From positions 322,103 through 386,102 of the forward strand of contig NW_015173696.1 of the NCBI RefSeq assembly GCF_001447785.1: a stretch of 64,000 nucleotides of DNA, written 5' to 3'. Under the pieces are notes generated by a model, which was given only the letters and a program-made list of their open reading frames with translations, did no database searches and was not told the origin of the DNA. The position numbers and the translations under genes were made by a program. The DNA comes from Gekko japonicus. Lineage: Eukaryota. This document shows, piece by piece, positions 63,647-64,000 of this stretch (the first letter of the stretch is position 1; every line of letters begins with the position of its first letter).

Positions 63647-64000
63647 TACTAGTATATAGTGCACCACCTAAACCACATGGGAATTTGTATTACTGGAAAG
63701 GGTCCAAAACAGGTGGCAGCTGCTGCTATCCTGTGGTATACGCAGGCTTCTGATTCATACAGCTCTTCCTTTGTGCAGTTGCAAGTATGTGCAAGTCTGA
63801 CACAATTGTATGGTGGAAGTGCTGCTAGATGTATGCATTGGGCCTTGGGGAATGGATGGGGCTGGTTCTAATTTCTGACTGCTTGAAAGTTCACCTTCCT
63901 CATTTTTAGATCTTGTCTAACAAAACAGTTTCTTCCCTATGATTGTAGTGTCATAAAATATAATTGATAAGAACTTGGAAAGAACATCGTTCTTTTTTGG

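Overview
Repeat-rich vertebrate DNA, intronic or intergenic, with three assembly gaps. The repeat set points to a squamate, most likely a gecko (inference): Sauria SINEs, Squam3-like tRNA SINEs, BovB, L2, CR1, R4/Dong, Penelope and abundant TAGGGTTGCCA MITEs. I found no convincing host protein-coding exon. All long, recognisable ORFs are transposon-derived: L1 ORF1 and ORF2 C-terminus, BovB RT, CR1 RT, L2 RT C-terminus, R4 zinc-knuckle/REL endonuclease and Penelope GIY-YIG. Many insertions can be bounded exactly by terminal motifs and target-site duplications (TSDs) read from the sequence, and several are nested. The main signals are: (1) two non-autonomous Helitron-like elements (TC...CTTG in A|T sites, no TSD) that share covarying internal palindromes but carry different GC-rich minisatellite cores; (2) two related ORF1-only (HAL1-like) L1 derivatives that go from ORF1 straight to a short 3' tail, plus a third 2.15-kb RT-less retroposon with an 18-bp TSD; (3) two Penelope copies with degenerate minimal hammerhead ribozymes; (4) a 3-kb composite hAT element built from tandem MITE modules. 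Family names come from motif recognition, not database searches.
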